Below, one piece after another: positions 12,050 to 25,549 of a DNA stretch of 64,000 nt (within the stretch, counting starts at the first letter, position 1; every line of letters starts with the position of its first letter). The stretch is from Octopus vulgaris (lineage: Eukaryota). Both the position numbers and the translations under genes were made by a program. Under the pieces are notes generated by a model. It saw nothing but the letters and a program-made list of their open reading frames with translations, did not search any database and was not told the origin of the DNA. The stretch spans positions 201,128,001 through 201,192,000 of the forward strand of contig OX597814.1 in the NCBI GenBank assembly GCA_951406725.2. Reading direction: 5' to 3'.

Positions 12050-12758
12050 GTTGTTGTCTACCTGCCCTCGTCCATTCCGTCATTTCTCACTACCCCCATA
12101 CACTCTTAGAAATCCTCAAACACCCACGTTCCTTGTTCCTCTGTCAAACCTCACTCCTACTTTCTTCGTACCTCGAGGGGCCACCCACACACCACATTAG
12201 CACTATTTTATCCCTTTTAAGCTCCACCCTATCATCCTTGCCCTTTCTTCTAAATGTGAGTAGATACGTAGCTCCTCTACAACAAAAACAGTCTGCTCTG
12301 CCCTCGCCTTTTCTCATACTTCAACCCCTCTTATCCTAGCATAAAGTCATGCTACACCTTTCGGGGTTAATAATCTTACAAGCTGAATGGCAACCTTGCT
12401 AGTGTTGTCTACCTGCCCTCATCCATTCCTCCATCACACACTCCTCCCCCATACACTCTTAGAAATCCTCAAACACCCACGTTCCTTGTTCCTCTGTCAA
12501 ACCTCACTCCTACTTACTTCGTACCTCGAGGGGCCACCCACACACCTCATTAGCTCTATTTATCCCTTTTAAGCTCCATCCTATAATCGTTGCTCTTTCT
12601 TCTAAAAGTAAGTAGATACGTAGCTCCTCCACAACAAAAACAGTCTGCTCTGCCCTTGCCTTTTCTCATACTTCACCCCTTCATATCCTAGCATAAGGTC
12701 ATCCCTCACCTTTCAGGGTTCATAATCTTACAAGCTAAATGGCAACCTCACTAGTGTT
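12050..12758 (+). repeat. Tandem duplication of ~355 bp
   Basis: GTTGTCTACCTGCCCTC...AATCTTACAAGCT(G/A)AATGGCAACCT..CTAGTGTTG occurs twice (~12050-12405 and ~12403-12758) at high identity. Confidence 0.9.
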
Positions 12759-12940
12759 GATGGCACAGACAAAGCACCCAGTATATGCTGTAAAGAGGTT
12801 GGCATTAGGGTGGGTACCCTAGCATGGAAACCACGTCAAAGCGAACAGCGGGGCATGAAGTAGTCCCTGGACCTATCAGATCCTGTCGGACCATCCAACT
12901 CATGCCAGCATGGATCAGTGATGATTGTAATGATGATGAT
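12745..12940 (+). mobile_element. Diverged RTE 3' tail
   Basis: AAAGCACCCAGTA..GGTTGGCATTAGG..CCATCCAACTCATGCCAGCATGGA followed by GAT repeats. Confidence 0.65.
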
Positions 12941-13525
12941 GGTGCTAGTGGGGGCGCGGTGGGGTGGTAGTGGTGGTAGTGGTTGTTGTGGTGGTAGTGG
13001 TGGTAGTGGTGTTTGTGGTGGTTGTGGTGGTAGTGGTGGTTGTGGTGGTTGTGGTGGTAGTGGTGTTTGTGGTGGTTGTGGTGGTTGTGGTGGTAGTGGT
13101 GTTGGTGGTGTGGTGGTGGTGGTGGTTGTGGTGGTTGTGGTGTGGTGGTGGTGGTGTTGTGGTGGTTGTGGTGGTAGTGGTGGTTGTGGTGGTGGTTGTG
13201 GTGGTTGTGGTGGTTGTGGTGGTTGTGGTGGTAGTGGTGTTTGTGGTGGTAGTGGTGGTTGTGGTGGTTGTGGTAGTGGGGGTGGTATTGGTAGTGGTGA
13301 TTGTGGTGGTAGTTGTGGTAGTTGTGGTGGTTGTGGTGGTTGTAGTGGTAGTGGTGGTAATGGTGGTTGTGGGGGTTGTGGTGGTTGTGGTAGTAGTGGT
13401 GGTTGTGATGGTTGTGGTGACTACGATAACGATAATGTTGATGATGATGGTGATGATGATGATTGTGATGATGATAGTGATGATGATGACAACGACGATG
13501 ATGACGATGATGATGATGATGATAT
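12940..13525. repeat. (GGT/TGT/AGT)n then (GAT)n compound microsatellite
   Basis: Direct reading. Confidence 0.95.
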
Positions 13526-13904
13526 TGAAGATACAATGAATGATATATTAAGAGAACACAGATAATATATTCTGTTAATGATTTGCAAAAGCTACATCCT
13601 TTTTTTTTTGTTGTTTCTAAAAATCAAATTAATCTCATCTCTAATTATGAATTATTTATTTTTGAATTATATTTTAATGGATAAAATAAATAATTTCATT
13701 AATTTCTTTCACAATATCTGAAATGCTTAATGAGCCAGTACGAACGACATTGTAGACTTCTACAAATATTTTACGAAATGTGGAATCATCTTTGTCTGAC
13801 CTACCTTAAACTGCCGAATGGTTTATTACAAAAAAGATTCTTAATTATTATTAATATTATTAATGTGGTGAGCTGGCAGACTCATTGGAATGTTGGTGTG
13901 GATC

Positions 13905-14058
13905 TCGAATAAGAAGTTTGCTTTCCAGCCACATGGTTCCAGGTTCAGTTCTGGTATGTGGCACCTTAAGAAAATGTCATCTACTCTAACCTCGGGCTGA
14001 CCAAAGTCTTGTGAGTGGACTTGGTTGACAGAAACTGAAAAAGCCCGTTATATATATG
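13905..14058 (+). mobile_element. SINE family A, degenerate 5' half
   Basis: CCACATGGTTCCAGGTTCAG..GGCACCTT..CTCGGGCTGACCAAAGTCTTGTGAGTGGA. Confidence 0.75.
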
Positions 14059-14161
14059 GAAATGGATCGAAGCCGACAGGAAGCGTCGATGCTTCCTAGG
14101 GCTAAATAGCGGTGGTGTAATTCCCTTACGGGACTGTCACGTTATGTTGACAGTATACAAC

Positions 14162-14192
<31 letters not shown>

Positions 14193-14228
14193 CTCTTACA
14201 TATAAGAGAATAAGGTGTACGTACGCCG

Positions 14229-14281
<53 letters not shown>

Positions 14282-14284
<3 letters not shown>

Positions 14285-14517
14285 ATGGGACAAGAACGCA
14301 AAACATTCAAATAGACGGTACAAAAAATACGGACGGGCCATTCGAAGCCTCTAATCTTCAGTCAAGAACCGGATCATCCTCGCAATTTCGGCTGATTAAT
14401 CTTTCATCCGAAATTGCGAGGATGATCCGGTTCTTGACTGAAGATTAGAGGCTTCGAATGACCCGTCCGTATTTTTTGTATCGTCTATTTGAATGTTTTG
14501 CGTTCTTGTCCCATTTT
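14282..14517. repeat. ~110-bp-arm palindrome formed from the permuted-HHR repeat family
   Basis: Arms 14282-14391 and 14408-14517 are near-perfect reverse complements with a 16-nt spacer; homologous to 39900-40020; flanked by TA/GA tracts. Confidence 0.92.
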
Positions 14518-14779
14518 GCATATATATATATATATATACACACACAAATATTCTATAATTTGTATATATATACAAATTATAATTAGGGGTCAGCTAATTG
14601 GTTTGCCACGCACCGAATTTAGAAATAGGAGTTAAAATTCCTTTTCTGATACCATAAAGATCTCCCAGACAGTAACACACTTTTTTTTATGTAGGCAAAA
14701 AGAGAAAATAACGAATCCGCATGACTCAGATTAGCTACATACACGTTTCGAGAGTAATGTAAAGTTATAAGTCAGGAGA

Positions 14780-15670
14780 TTAGGGTGTCTGTCGAACATA
14801 TGTTGTGCTGCTCTTGACCAGGAAAGCTTGGATCACGTCGACGAAATGGGCGGGCACATTGTCGGGGTGAAGTTGCGAATCCTTTGCTACCCTCATGTCC
14901 AACCACTTTCGACGCACAGTATCACGAAGGCGTCGTATAACCTCCAAGTAATAGTATTTCTTATTAATTGTTTGGCTTTGTGGTGCGTATTCATGATGCA
15001 CAGTACCACTGGAGTAAAAAAAAACTTAGATCAACATTACCTATTTCTTTATTGCCCACAAGGGGCTAAACACAGAGAGGACAAACAAGGACAGACAAAC
15101 GGAATAAGTCGATTACATCGACCCCAGTGCGTAACTGGTACTTATTTAATCGACCCGAAAGGATGAAAGGCAAAGTTGACCTCGGTGGAATCTGAACTCA
15201 CAACGTAGCGGCAGACGAAATACCGCTAAGCATTTCGTCCGGCGTGCTAACGTTTCTGCTAGCACGCCTTCACATTTCTGCGAACCTTCCATGCGTTTTT
15301 GAACCTTGGTGATGAAAGATGCTTCCATTGGGAGGACTTGAACTTGGTTTTCGGGTCGTGACCATAAACCCATGCCGCATCATCAGTGATGTTGGTCTTC
15401 ATGAATCCTGGGTCGTTCTGAGCGATTTCCATGCGGAGTTGTTTCGCCTGCTCGACTAGCATCTTGGTGACGAATTTTGCCGACAGTCTTCGGTATGCAC
15501 AAACCTCCCTTTAAGATGGAATGCACTAATCCTGTACTTATTCTCACTTTGTGAGCAATTTTCTGGATTGTTCCACGACAGTCTTCTCTAACTATTTACT
15601 GAACCACCTCAATCGGCTCCTCGCTTCGGTTTGTGGATGACCTGCCTAAGCGTGCTTCGTTCTCCAGCAA
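14780..15670 (-). mobile_element. Mariner-like transposase fragment interrupted by a SINE
   Basis: ITDDAAWVYGHDPKTKFKSSQWKH..PRFKNAWKVRRNVK; HHEYAPQSQTINKKYY..LRDTVRRK..LHPDNVPAH. Confidence 0.85.
15040..15263 (-). mobile_element. SINE family B (tRNA head + Meta domain)
   Basis: Minus strand GCAGAAACGTTAGC..GAGTTCAGATTCC..CTTTGCCTTTCATCCTTTCGGGTCGATTAAATAAGTACCAG. Confidence 0.9.
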
Positions 15671-16023
15671 TAACTTTCTAGCAACCCACACCCGATGGAC
15701 ATACTTCCCTCTTGTCCCCTTCTATTCCCCCTTTCGATACCTCTACTACACACACCAAGACTAATTATTATTTCTCACATCTTCACCTATTCCACCCAAA
15801 AGACAACTAGCCAAAGACTATAAACTGCCAAAACGGACCCAAGTGTAGAAGAGATTGACGGAGGCCAAAAATTCGAAGTTACTATCAATCCACTTCTTGT
15901 AGAAGTTTAACAAACTTACATTCTACTAAAAAGTATTGAATAATTATTCAGTTTAATGTTGAATTGTCTTTATATATAACTGATACAATCAAACATTTAT
16001 ATGTGAGCAAGTGTATGTGCCTG

Positions 16024-16025
<2 letters not shown>

Positions 16026-16110
<85 letters not shown>
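16026..16110. repeat. (TA)n(TG)n microsatellite
   Basis: Direct reading. Confidence 0.95.
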
Positions 16111-16114
<4 letters not shown>

Positions 16115-17847
16115 ATAATGTAAACGATATCTACTTATTTCAATTAAGCCAGTCTGTATATAGCTATTAAGTAAATAATATCATTGCTCATAAATCAAAT
16201 ATGAAACATAAAAAAAAAGAGTCAAGCCAAGGAAGTTATGAGTAACCCTCAAATAAAGATCATCCAATCACCGAAATGTCTGCTCAAGATTATTCAGAAA
16301 CCATTAAGTAAATCTTGATCGAGCAGTCTTATGACTTAAGGTATGGATTAATCAACGGTCGGATAATTGCTAAGTCTGACTCTGTCACCGAAATAATTTG
16401 ATTCAATTAAACTAACCTCACAAGATGTATAAGATAAATTTTGCAGGCAATAGTATAAAATATCTCTAGCAACAGATGATAATTAGATACAAAAGACATT
16501 AGGAGTTGTAAATTTATCAGTGATAGGGTTTCATTTTAATGTAAAAAGAAAAAATACTGGTACTTCTTGAATTTACGATTGAATAAGTCCCTAATGATCG
16601 ATTATCGGTCGTTATCATTAATCAAGAACTCGTAAAACTAGCGGTATTTTTCCATAAAACTTTTATAATGCCGTAACGGTGGATACAATCAGAAATTTTC
16701 ATCGTAAATGTTTGCTAAATATACAAAGGAAATATAAATGACTTGTTACAATTAAAAGATCGTTAAAAATATATTCATATCTATGCAAAAAAAAAAAAAC
16801 GTTCTTGAAAATAAAAACAAAAGTTGTTCTTTTCCTCCTATTTTTGCTAAAATTTTTAACATTCATATTTAATTTTTATGATTCAGATTTTCAGCTGATG
16901 GGAGGATTTTTTGTTTGGAAACGCTTTAAGAGTTTTGTCTCTGCGATATATTGTTTCTTCTTTTCTTTACGAATTTTCTTACAATCAGTAAAAGGCCGCA
17001 ATTTCCTGATGGCACAAGAGCTGTGGATCTTTTACAGATCTACAAGTAATTTTCTCTGCCAAATTCACCAACAATGCATTGGTCAGTTCGAGGCTATAGT
17101 AAAAGACACTCGTTCAGGATGCCGTGCAGTGGGACTGAATCCGAAAGTATATGGTTGTAAAGTCAGCTTCTTAGCTCTACAAACCGATATAAAATGTTTA
17201 TTTCCTTTTGAAGAAATAAGTTCTACAGCTGGATTCATTTTCTCTTGCCAATTACTAAATCATGAAGCAGAATTGAGACCTGAATTTGACAATCTTGAAA
17301 AGCAGATGGTGCCGGATGGCATCTCGGGTAAGCGTTTTCTATATTATCCTTCGATTGGTTAATACTTTGCGGATAGAATTTACTTGGTTTTAATTTTATA
17401 TTTCTTTGCACAGAGCAAAAACAGGAACAAAACCAGCTACTGAAAATCTTGAGTTATCTCAATCTTTTCAACCAATGAAATCGATCGCTGAGATTCACCC
17501 CGAAAGGCGCACACAAATGTACCTACACATACACCCACCCGCACTCTGTACGCTGCCAGTTTCAACTATACAACTTCGTGTCATATTTCCGTCTTTCGGA
17601 ATCACTTTCTTTCACTTCTTCCATATCACATTATTTTCTTTAGATAGCTTTTGTTCCTTCCTCTTTTTCTCTCTCATATGCAGAGCACGCATATAAAAGA
17701 GAGAGAAAATAACGAGGAAGGAACAAAGGCTATATATGGTAATGTATGTATAGGCATGGCTGTGTAGGAAGAAGTAGTACTGTAGTGTAGTATAAATACA
17801 TTTCTAAATAAAATAAATATTTTTATTGTTCTAGGTTTTATTGTTCT

Positions 17848-18262
17848 AGGCGCAAGAGTGGCTGTGTTGTAAGTAGCTTGCTTACCAACCACATGCCCCC
17901 CGGGTTCAGTCCCACTGCGTAGCACCTCGGGCAAGTGTCTTCTACTAAAGCCTCGGGCCGACCAAAGTCTTGTGAGTGGACTTGGTAGACGGAAACTGGA
18001 AGAAGCCTGTCGTATATGTATATATGTATATGTATGTATATTGTGTGTATATGTTTGTGTGTCTGTTTGTCCCCCCCCGGCATCGCTTGACAACCGATGC
18101 TGGTGTGTTTAGATCCCCATAACTTAACGGTTCGACAAAAGAGACCGATAAAATAAGTACTAGGCTTACAAAGAATAAGTTCTGGAGTCAATTTGCTCGA
18201 CTATAAAGGCGGTGCTCCAGCATGGCCGCAGTCAAATGACTGAAACAAGTAAAAGAGAGAGC
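17848..18262 (+). mobile_element. SINE family A, full length (tRNA-derived, internal TA/TG microsatellite)
   Basis: A box TGGCTGTGTTGTAAG, B box GGTTCAGTCCC, body GGGCAAGTGTCTTCTACTA, 3' GACTGAAACAAGTAAAAGA. Confidence 0.92.
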
Positions 18263-19199
18263 AAAAATGTAAAGAATATAGGTTATATTTTATATTAACA
18301 CTAGTTCTTTCATATTTTCCATTTGAAATATTACTTTTCTAAGAAATCCATTCCCATTTTTATTCTGAGCAGCTGAGTCTAAGGTTTATTTTGACCACCA
18401 AGAGAACACTATCATATAAGCCATCTCTTATGAGCACGCAGTGTTTATTACAGAAGCAGTTCAACTTGTGCAAAAGTACGAGGAAAACAACAGTACTAAG
18501 ATGTTTTTCTAATATGTGCCTTATATTTCACATTTGTTCATTTACAGTCGTCTACCTTAGAAGCCTGACAGTTCTTTGCAATAACAATTTCATCAAAGAA
18601 TTTATCAATATTTACTACTTCCTTTCCAATTCTTTGATTGATCTGAACGGAAATCTACTCAATACTAGATGAAGATAACTCTCCAAAATTTAGCCCTACT
18701 AAGTTTTCTGCCAGTTCAAAGTTCTCTATCCATACATCTAGGTATAACATATTTCATATGAAAAGCGATAGCTTTTAACCTGATTCTTCATCCTTTCAAT
18801 TCTTTCACAATTTGCGCCAAGATTTCTCAACAAGGTGTTTCCATCTTCAGGTCGAAATTCATATTTTTTGTTTGTTTTATGTATTCGTAATTGTTTTGCA
18901 TTTGTAGGTTTTTACCTGTTGCGTTTGTATTGTCCTTGTTCATAACCAGAATCAGTTTGTTGCAAAAGTTGAGCAGTCCAAGAGAAAATCATAAAAGTAT
19001 TTCTCCGAATTCATTTTCAAAGAGTTGTTGTATCAGTCTCAACAGTGATCTTGGGAAAAAACGTAGGAATTTCAGACCAGCAAAAATGTTAAAAAATTCT
19101 TTCAACTGACAAATATAAAATATTACAATGATATAATTAATAGCTTTTTATATTCCACATCGGCGGAGTAACAAAATTCTTTCAGTTGTGTTACTTTGA

Positions 19200-20044
19200 T
19201 ATCAAATGGAAACATCAACAGCTATTTGAAGACAATTGATTACATTGTGTACACCATGATAAATACAAACAAGCACCTAAGTTTGTAGCTAAATCAGTTA
19301 AATACGCAGTTTTTGTTTGTTTTATGAGATCAAAACTTAGGTTCCAATTGTCTCCATGATTGTTAATAATTGAAAACAGGTCACAAATCAAGATTTGATC
19401 CGTCTTACCCCAGATAATGGACATCTATAAAAGTATATATTCTTTGACTAGGAATGCAAAATTGGATAATGTGAGATATCTTTTTAACATATTTCAACAT
19501 ATCCAAGAATAGGAGATCACTACAAAATACCCATTGAACAAAACAGACCGCAAAGCCCTTGGAAACCCCAAAATGCAACCAAAAATGTAGATTATATCAC
19601 ATTCCTGTGGACGACATGACACGTGGTCAGCGGCTGTGGGAAAAAGTGTTGTCAAGATACTACTTCCTAATGCGGCATGACACTGTCCCTAAACAACTTA
19701 CAATGCAATTCGAGAAAAGGACTGTCCTGGGGTAAATAAGGGGGATTCTTCTGTTATTGAATGTGCACAGAAACATTGGAATATGGGTGGAATATTTCTG
19801 CCAAAATTTCTATCAAGTGCGAACGTAATAGCTCAGATATCGCAGTTTGGAACAGACAAGAAAATATACGTACTGTCTGAGAGCTCAGCTGCTTTGCTGA
19901 TGTAAATATAACGATCGCTTCGAAAATCAAAGAGGAAAGGGATTATTATGGGCAACTGCTTTGAATCTTTCAGTTTTTCTGCTCAGACTATAAACTGACA
20001 TTGATACGAATAATAATTGGTAAGCTAGGTTTTGTTACTTAAGA
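19200..20044 (+). mobile_element. Decayed R4/Dong-like LINE 3' region (zinc knuckle + restriction-like endonuclease)
   Basis: Remnants EITTKY, KCRL..H..DDMT..SGC, MRHD..TYNAIR, SDIAVWNRQEK, DYYGQLL, IIIGKLGFVT; homologous to 52026-52495. Confidence 0.7.
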
Positions 20045-20045
20045 G

Positions 20046-20413
20046 GTCGTCGTCGAGGCACTCCGTCGGTTGCGACGACGAGGATTCCAGTTGATCAGAT
20101 CAACGGAACAGCCTGCACATGGCATTAACGTGCAAGTGGCTGAGCACTCCACAGACACGTGTACCCTTAACGTAGTTCTCGGGGAGATTCATCGTGACAA
20201 GGCTGGTCCTTTGCAATACAGGTGCAAAAGAAACAGGAAGAAAGTGTGAGAGAAATTTGTGGTGAAAGAGTACACCAGAATTCACCACCCCACCTGTGGA
20301 GCTTTTGGTGTTTTTGCTCAATAAACACACACAACGCCCTGTCTGGGAATCAAAACCGTGATCCTATGACCATGAGTTCGATGCCCTAACCACTGGGCCA
20401 TTGCGCCTCCACA
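20046..20413 (-). mobile_element. SINE family C (tRNA-derived) with TSD
   Basis: Minus strand GTGGAGGCGCAATGGCCCAGTGGTTAGGGCATCGAACTC..GGTTTTGATTCCCAG; flanking direct repeat ACTTAAGAG. Confidence 0.9.
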
Positions 20414-20659
20414 CTTAAGAGATAATATGAAAAAAGATAGGACCAATAAGAACCAGAAATCAATCTTCTAGTTCTTGCACATTCTTATTGTCCCACGTTC
20501 CTTTTCATCATTTGAGGTGTATTAACAATGGTGTTGCATTTTCTCTCAAATTCTTCAAATTTATCCATACTCTGCTCCAGTCGGGTTGTTACGTAACCTG
20601 TCGCTCCAGTGCTAAGAAGTATGAAACTGAAAGTGCTTTTTGAAGACTATACTTAGATG

Positions 20660-21070
20660 CCCAGATAGGTTTCGGCCAATTGGTCCAAGCCATAGTTAAC
20701 TTAATAGCACCACCTGGAAAAGACATTTACCAATGGATTTCTGTATAGTTACTTTTAGGCACCATTACCCATTCGATTAAAGAATTGTTGTTTGCAGCAG
20801 TATAACCGGGTGTGGGTGGTTTATCTGGAATTTGTTGGAGATATTCATCCAGGAACTTTCTGAAGGTATTGAAATCTTTTTCCTCCTTTATATGTTTTGG
20901 AATGATGTTAAAAAGAACAGGTCCAGTTGAGGAGACGTAGTTCTGTCTTAGTGTTGTGATGCGCTGAGAGCACGATTTCTGTAGGGGATGCATACCACGG
21001 GGATCAAGCCTTGGGTAGATTTTAAAAGTGATACCGATATCATTTGGGCAATACTGTCGGAACAATTTCC
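20660..21070 (-). mobile_element. CR1-group LINE 3' end fragment
   Basis: TGPVLFNIIPKHIK..FRKFLDEYLQQIPDKPPTPGY..NNSLIEW; 3' UTR CAGGTGGTGCTATTAAGTT..GGCCGAAACC is shared with 61480-61545. Confidence 0.7.
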
Positions 21071-21728
21071 ACTAGCAAACTCCTTATCAATGGTTAATAA
21101 ACGTATTTTCTCTCCTGCATTTTCCCAGCGACTTCAGTGTCCAGATGGCAGCTGATTTACGCAACAATGCATACTTTTTCCCAGTAATCCCATACAACAA
21201 TATCTGGCCGGTTGTATTTTAATTTGGTAGCTATTTTAACTTTTAAGTTGCACTAATATACTTTTGGCTCATCTGCCACAATATAGTCAACATTGTCTGA
21301 AATTATGTAAGTGCTTGTGTATGTAGCTAGGAATGTATGTGTGTCTGTATTTATGTGTTCTTATAGATTGAAGTTGGAAATTATCTGATACGCAAATAAC
21401 CGTAATTTTTTCGGATGTGTATATTTTAAGCATTGTAAATTACGATTCTGCACAAAAGCGGAAAATAACTTATTAAAATGCAAAGGACGTCGTGCCAGGC
21501 ACAACATACTTATGTTACGTAACTTATTTATTCTACGTAAGCAAAGCCTGCAACTTTTTATTTTTATTTTTATCTCACAATTTGTGCACAAAAGCATCGT
21601 TGATTGCAAGTTTATAATGTTCCAATCACTGGTTCACAGCAATTCCAACGACGAGCGTGACATAGAGCAGTCTGTGAATTTCTGTTTCCTTGGAAATACT
21701 CCCACATACACACGTGCGCGTGCACAAG

Positions 21729-21775
<47 letters not shown>

Positions 21776-21777
<2 letters not shown>

Positions 21778-22174
21778 TAGCAGAGATACCCGGCGTTGCC
21801 CGTGTTACATACAATTGAAGAATTAGACTTTTCTGTTATATTTTCTCTAATGAACTGGAATATCTATGTTTTGAATTTTATCAAACTTGCATATGAGGGA
21901 TATTTCCCTCTTTACACCCCCCCCCAAATTGTAATCGTGCCACATATATCCCATACTACTGATTTTTATGCGCATACTCCAAAATTCCAGTCTTATTGAA
22001 CCTGTTAAAAAGATTTCCTCAACAGCAAAAATATATGAATTGTCATGGGGGTTATGGCCCTTATGCATAGAATATAATTTCTAAATTTCATAAAGATCCA
22101 TTCAGTACTTTTGACCTAGTTTTGGATCAAAAAAGAAATGACAAAAATTTGGGAGTTAAGGCTCCCATTAAGGC

Positions 22175-22243
<69 letters not shown>
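21776..22243 (-). mobile_element. Non-autonomous Helitron-like element
   Basis: Minus strand starts ATCTATATATA..TAAAA and ends with hairpin CGGGCAACGCCGGG + CTGCTAGT; sits in a TA tract. Confidence 0.7.
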
Positions 22244-22268
<25 letters not shown>

Positions 22269-22610
22269 GATAGATAGATAGATAGTTAGATAGATAGAGA
22301 TATAGATATAGATACATACAAACACACACACACACACATACAAAGATAAATTGATAGATACAACTGATTGGGCAAACAAAAATATGAGACACAGCCTAGT
22401 GCTTTTTTTATGTTGATAAGTCTGGTACTTATTATATTAGTTTGTTCTTGTGAAACCAGTATGCTAAGTGGATGTAAATAAATGAACAGCAGTTGTGAAG
22501 CAATGATGAGGGGCGAAACAGAGAGACAAAGACAAACACATACACTTACATGTATACATACATATATATGATTTATTTGTTTCAGTTCCTGTCTACGAAA
22601 TCCATATATA

Positions 22611-25306
22611 TTGTTGTTGGCATCCTTTTTGTCTCGGGAGACAATGGAGTTGCGCATAAAATAATCTAGTCCGGCTTTTACATTTCATGTCCTAATACAT
22701 CTCCTGCTGTGGCTGTGTAGTCCCATCCTGGACAAACACTCCCTCTGGCAGGTGCCGCAAATGTAGCGAAGACTTTGCCTGGCTGGTTGTAATGTCATAC
22801 TTTCTTGTTGGCGTCTTTTCTTGTCTTTCCATGTCTCCTCTCTCTCTCTGTCACTTCTTTGTGTTCCCTCTTTTACGGTACGTCGCTAGTCTCCACGGTT
22901 GCTGGCAACTGCTTCCCAGTTGGTAATATTGATGTTGCAGGCATTTATGTCCCTTTTGCAAACATCCTTGTATCATAAGAACGGTCTTCCCCCTGACCTA
23001 GTGCCCCTAGCAAGCTCTCTGTAGAGTATGTCCTTGGGGATTCTGCCGTCTTCCATACGGCTAACATGTCCAAGCCATCTCATACGTCTTTGTGTGAGGA
23101 GTGCAAACATGCTTTGTATTCCTGCTTGCTTGAGGACATCTTTGTTGGGGATATGATTCTGCCATTTGATGCCAAGGATTTTCCGGAGGTAGCGCAGGGG
23201 AAAGATATTTAGGCGACACTCTTGGCATGTGTATGGCGTCCAAGTCTCACTTCCATACAGTAGAGTGCTAAGTACACATACCTGGTAAGATCTTCATTTT
23301 TGTGGCCTTGGTCAGCTTATTGTTGTCCCATGCCCGTTTGGATAGTTGGGCCATCACAGCAGCTGCCTTGCCAATGCGTATATTGAGCTCAGCATCAAGG
23401 GATAGGTTGTCGGTGACGGTAGAGCTAAGATAGGTAAACTTCTCCACCTCCTGTAGTCTGTGGTCTCCAATATGTATGTTTGGGATGTCCGATGTAGCCT
23501 GACCCATGATGTTGGTCTTCTTGAGGTTGATAACTAAGCCAAAGTCGCTACATGCTTGCTCAAAACAGTTGATGACCCTTTGTAGGGCTTTTTCTGTGTG
23601 TGATACCTGAGCGGCATCATTAGCAAATAGTACCTCCTTGATCAGGACGCTTCTGATTTTGGTCTTGACACGCAGATGCGAGAGATTGAACAGTTTCTCG
23701 TCACTTCTACTGTGCAGAAACACTCATCTGATGTCTGAAAGGCATGTGACAGCAGCAGTGAGAAGATGCCAAATAATGTAGGAGCGAGGGCACAACATTG
23801 ATTTACCCCGTTTTTTATTTGGAAGGCGGCTGATGTTGAACCATTGTGCTGTATGGTGCCTTGCATATCATCATGGAAAGATTTGATGATCCTTAGCAGC
23901 TTTGGTGGACATCCGATATTTTGGAGCAGGATGAAGAGGCCTTTTCTACTTACCAAGTCAAATACCTTTGTCAGATCAATGAAGGCCATATATAATGGCA
24001 TTTTCTGCTCTCTGGACTTCTCCTGAAGTTGGCATATGGAGAATATCATGTCAATAGTTGATCTGCTTCTTCTAAAGCCACACTGCAATTCTGGATAAAT
24101 TCGAGAAGCAGGCAGTTGTGGCCTCGATAGGATAACGCGTGCAAAGGCCTTTCCAACAGTGCTTAGATGAGATATTCCACGGTAATTGTTACAATCACCA
24201 CGTTCACCTTTGTTTTTGTAAAGCGTAATGATGTTAGCATCCTGCATATCCTGAGGGACTGTACCCTCTCCCCAGCATTGACACAGATGCTCATGAAGGT
24301 GCCGAAGCAGGATAGTGTTTTTGTCGGTTTTGATGATCTCTAACGGGATGACGTCTTTTTCCAGAGCCTTGTTACTTGCGAGGGCGTCAATAGCCTTGGT
24401 GAGCTCTGCTATAGATGGCAGACTGTCAAGTTCACACATGACTGGCAAGATCTTGACACTCTCGATTGCAGCCTCCGCTACCGTGGACTCCCGTGAGTAG
24501 AGATCCTGGTAGTACTCCACTCATCTATCCATTTGCTTGCTTTGGTCCTTGATGAGATCCCCAGTAGTTGATTTCAGTGGGGCTGACTTGGTTGCGGATG
24601 GACCGAGGGCCTTCTTCAAACCGGCATACATCCCATGGGCGTCACCACTGTCAGGAGCTGACTGGATACTCTGACAGATTTCCTGCCAATACCTATTTGC
24701 ACAGCGTCTGGCTGTCAGTTGGGTTTTATTTCGTGCCTTTCCGAGTTCTTCGAGTGACTTTGTAGAAGAGTCACTCTTGTATTGCATCAGAGCTGCACGC
24801 TTTGCTTCGATAACTGGCTCCAGCTCTGAGAGCCCAGCATTGAACCAATCTGGGTTTTGCCTTTCTCTCATGCCGAAAGTATCTATTGATGTCGTATACA
24901 AGGCTTCCCTGATATAGTCCCACCTACTTTCAGCAGAGGAGGTTGGGCAGCTACTGAGGGCAACCTTGATAGAAGCAGCAAAACATTTTCGCAGTGTAGG
25001 GTCCGAGGTTCTGGCGGTGTTGATGCGTGGTCGGCCCACTTTCTTGGAGCGATGGACTTTTTTAGGCAGAATCCTCACCCTACTTCTAATTAGTGAGTGG
25101 TCTGTGTCACAATCCGCGCTGTGGTAACTGCGGGTCAATAGAGTAGAATTCAGAAAGGATCTCCGTGTAATGATGAGATCCAGCTGATGCCAGTGGTGAG
25201 ATCTTGGATGTCTCCAGGATGCCTTGTGGGATGTCTTGTTGGCAAAGAATGTGTTGGTGATGCACGGGTTATGGTTTGTGCAAAATTCAAGCAGTCTCTG
25301 ACCATT
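22611..25306 (-). mobile_element. RTE-clade LINE, 5'-truncated and decayed (APE C-terminus, RT, zinc finger, (CAA)n tail)
   Basis: NGQRLLEFC..SWRHPRSHHWHQLD..SADCDTDHSL; YRGIS, QCGFRRSRSTIDMIF, FIDLTKVFD, LFAND, CGTCQRECLSRMGLHSH; 3' CCATTGTCTCCCGAGACAAAAAGGATGCCAACAACAA; multiple stops and frameshifts. Confidence 0.93.
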
Positions 25307-25549
25307 ACATATACATACATACATACACAAATATATGTATGTGTGTGGGTATGTATGGATGTGTGTGTATATATACCTAAAAGTGGTGTTATATTTATCC
25401 GGTGCTAAAAGAAAGCAGGGATTCATGATGAAATGTAAATATTGCGAAACTAGTCGGTTCGATCCCTATTGTCCCGCTGGGCAGAAAAAAAATACATAGT
25501 TACATTTCTTAACTAGGTGAGTTCATTTCCTAATGAGTATTTTATTTAG

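Noticed and set aside
20335-20413. tRNA gene
   Set aside because: A and B boxes are present but there is no proper cloverleaf; it is the head of a multi-copy SINE.
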